Shown: positions 62,911-64,000 of the stretch, piece by piece
How positions within the stretch are numbered: the stretch's first letter is position 1
How the letters are laid out: every line of letters begins with the position of its first letter
Assembly (NCBI GenBank): GCA_009914755.4
Contig: CP068257.2
Location: 7,488,001-7,552,000, forward strand
Reading direction: 5' to 3'
Length of the DNA stretch: 64,000 nucleotides
DNA from: the human T2T-CHM13v2.0 reference genome, Homo sapiens
The notes under the pieces: generated by a model
What the model saw: the letters and a program-made list of their open reading frames with translations, nothing else
What the model was told of the DNA's origin: nothing
Databases searched by the model: none
Made by a program: the position numbers and the translations under genes

Positions 62911-63614
62911 TTACCCCCCCACCCCAAATTAATTTGGTACTAGAGATCTGCAGATAGGTACTGCTTGGTTTCAAATCACTGGCCAGGGTTCAAGGTCTAA
63001 GAGAATCAACAACATGTCCTTTTTATAGAAAAAGAGATTTATATTTTACAAGCTATCCTTTTCATTAGTATCAAGTCTGTAAAATTCAATGAAAAATCTT
63101 TCTTTCGCTGCTTAAAGCACTGACAGATTTATATAGAGGAATAAGACCTTGTTTTCCTTGGCCCCAATTTCTATCTAAAGGGTCTGGGAAACACACCCTT
63201 CAAACTATCAAATCTCATCAGATGGGTTTTATTAACACTTATAATATGGCTTCCTTTCTAATCTGATTCTGTTGCAGCATCACAGAGAGAAGAAGCTGAA
63301 GGAAATCAAAATATTTTACCCCCAAATATATTTTTTGACGTATTTTGAAATGGCTGCTGCAGGGCCAAGAGATTGAAATGGCCCTCATTAAGGTAGCCCA
63401 ATCTCCCCTTCTAGGTCTTTCCAGATCTGGGGAAGATTAACTAAGAGCCTGAGGCATTTAAAGTTTGAAAAGATATATTTACCCTCTATTTTCTCAACAT
63501 ATTTTGGCAGAATTTGGATTTTTCCATTATCAATATTTTCCAAAATGCATGATTTTTAATACCAAAACTGATTTAAAATTACCATACGTTGGAATATAAA
63601 TTATTCTATTATAA

Positions 63615-64000
63615 AGATACATGCATTTGCATGTTCACTGCAGCACTATTCACAATAGTAAAGACATGGAATCAACACAGATGGACATTATCAGTGATAA
63701 TGGGATAAAGAAAATGTGGTATATATACACCATGGAATACTATGGAGCCATAAAAATGAATGAGATCATGCTCTTTGCAGGGATATGGATGAACCCAAAG
63801 CTGATATCTTCAGCAAACTAATGCAGGAAGAAAAAACCAAACACTGCATCTTCTCACTTATAAGTGGGAGCTGAACGATAAGAGCACATGGACTCGGGGA
63901 GGGGAACAACAAACACTGGGGCCTGTTGGGGTCAGGAGGGAGAGCATCAAGATCAATAACTAATGCCCACAGGGCTTAATATCTAGGTGATGGATTGATA
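63615..64000 (+). mobile_element. L1 3' end (ORF2 tail / 3' UTR), sense, truncated by the window edge
   Basis: cactgcagcactattcacaatagtaaagacatggaatcaacacagatggacattatcagtgataatgggataaagaaaatgtggtatatatacaccatggaatactatggagccataaaaatgaatgagatcatgctctttgcagggatatggatgaacc...ctcacttataagtgggagctgaacgataagagcacatggactcggggaggggaacaacaaacactggggcctgttggggtc. Confidence 0.85.

Overview
This window is primate (almost certainly human) nuclear genomic DNA, not a prokaryotic locus. It carries about 20 Alu SINEs, several L1 LINE fragments and a Tigger1 DNA transposon with three Alus nested in it. I found no operon-like gene organisation and no CRISPR array. The long ORFs in the six-frame track fall almost entirely inside tandem repeats or transposable elements and are translation artefacts. 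The notable content is a dense, duplicated cluster of satellite and tandem-repeat modules between about 9 kb and 48 kb. It has five components. (1) A 4.7-kb array of a 48-bp satellite with about 97 units, 9,040-13,722, which resembles the CER 48-bp centromeric repeat. (2) Three copies of a degenerate 14-15-bp CACTGACCAGG-type minisatellite, each preceded by the same GC-rich flank. (3) A macrosatellite-like array of four 2.9-3.4-kb higher-order units at 29,627-43,250, with partial units at 14,990-16,560 and 43,250-44,700. Each unit contains 2-3 internal sub-repeats of about 450 bp. (4) A complex tandem array of 0.3-0.65-kb units with internal inverted arms at 17,290-19,890, with a partial copy at 45,600-46,200. 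(5) Local palindromes. The modules recur in a different order and orientation around 13.7-19.9 kb, 28.5-29.6 kb and 43.3-48.1 kb. That is the signature of a pericentromeric, acrocentric or subtelomeric segmental-duplication zone. The distal 49-64 kb is AT-rich, mostly unique sequence with old L1 and Alu. On its minus strand there are spliced-looking exons of a coiled-coil protein: one intact 94-codon exon with canonical splice sites at 56,502-56,783, and a downstream exon carrying a frameshift. This suggests an unprocessed pseudogene, or a gene fragment, of the ANKRD26/CCDC144/POTE-like coiled-coil families that populate pericentromeric duplications. All coordinates are approximate (plus or minus a few bp) because they were read by eye. 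The family names CER, SATR-like and Tigger1, and the L1 subfamily ages, come from memory of consensus sequences, not from a search.
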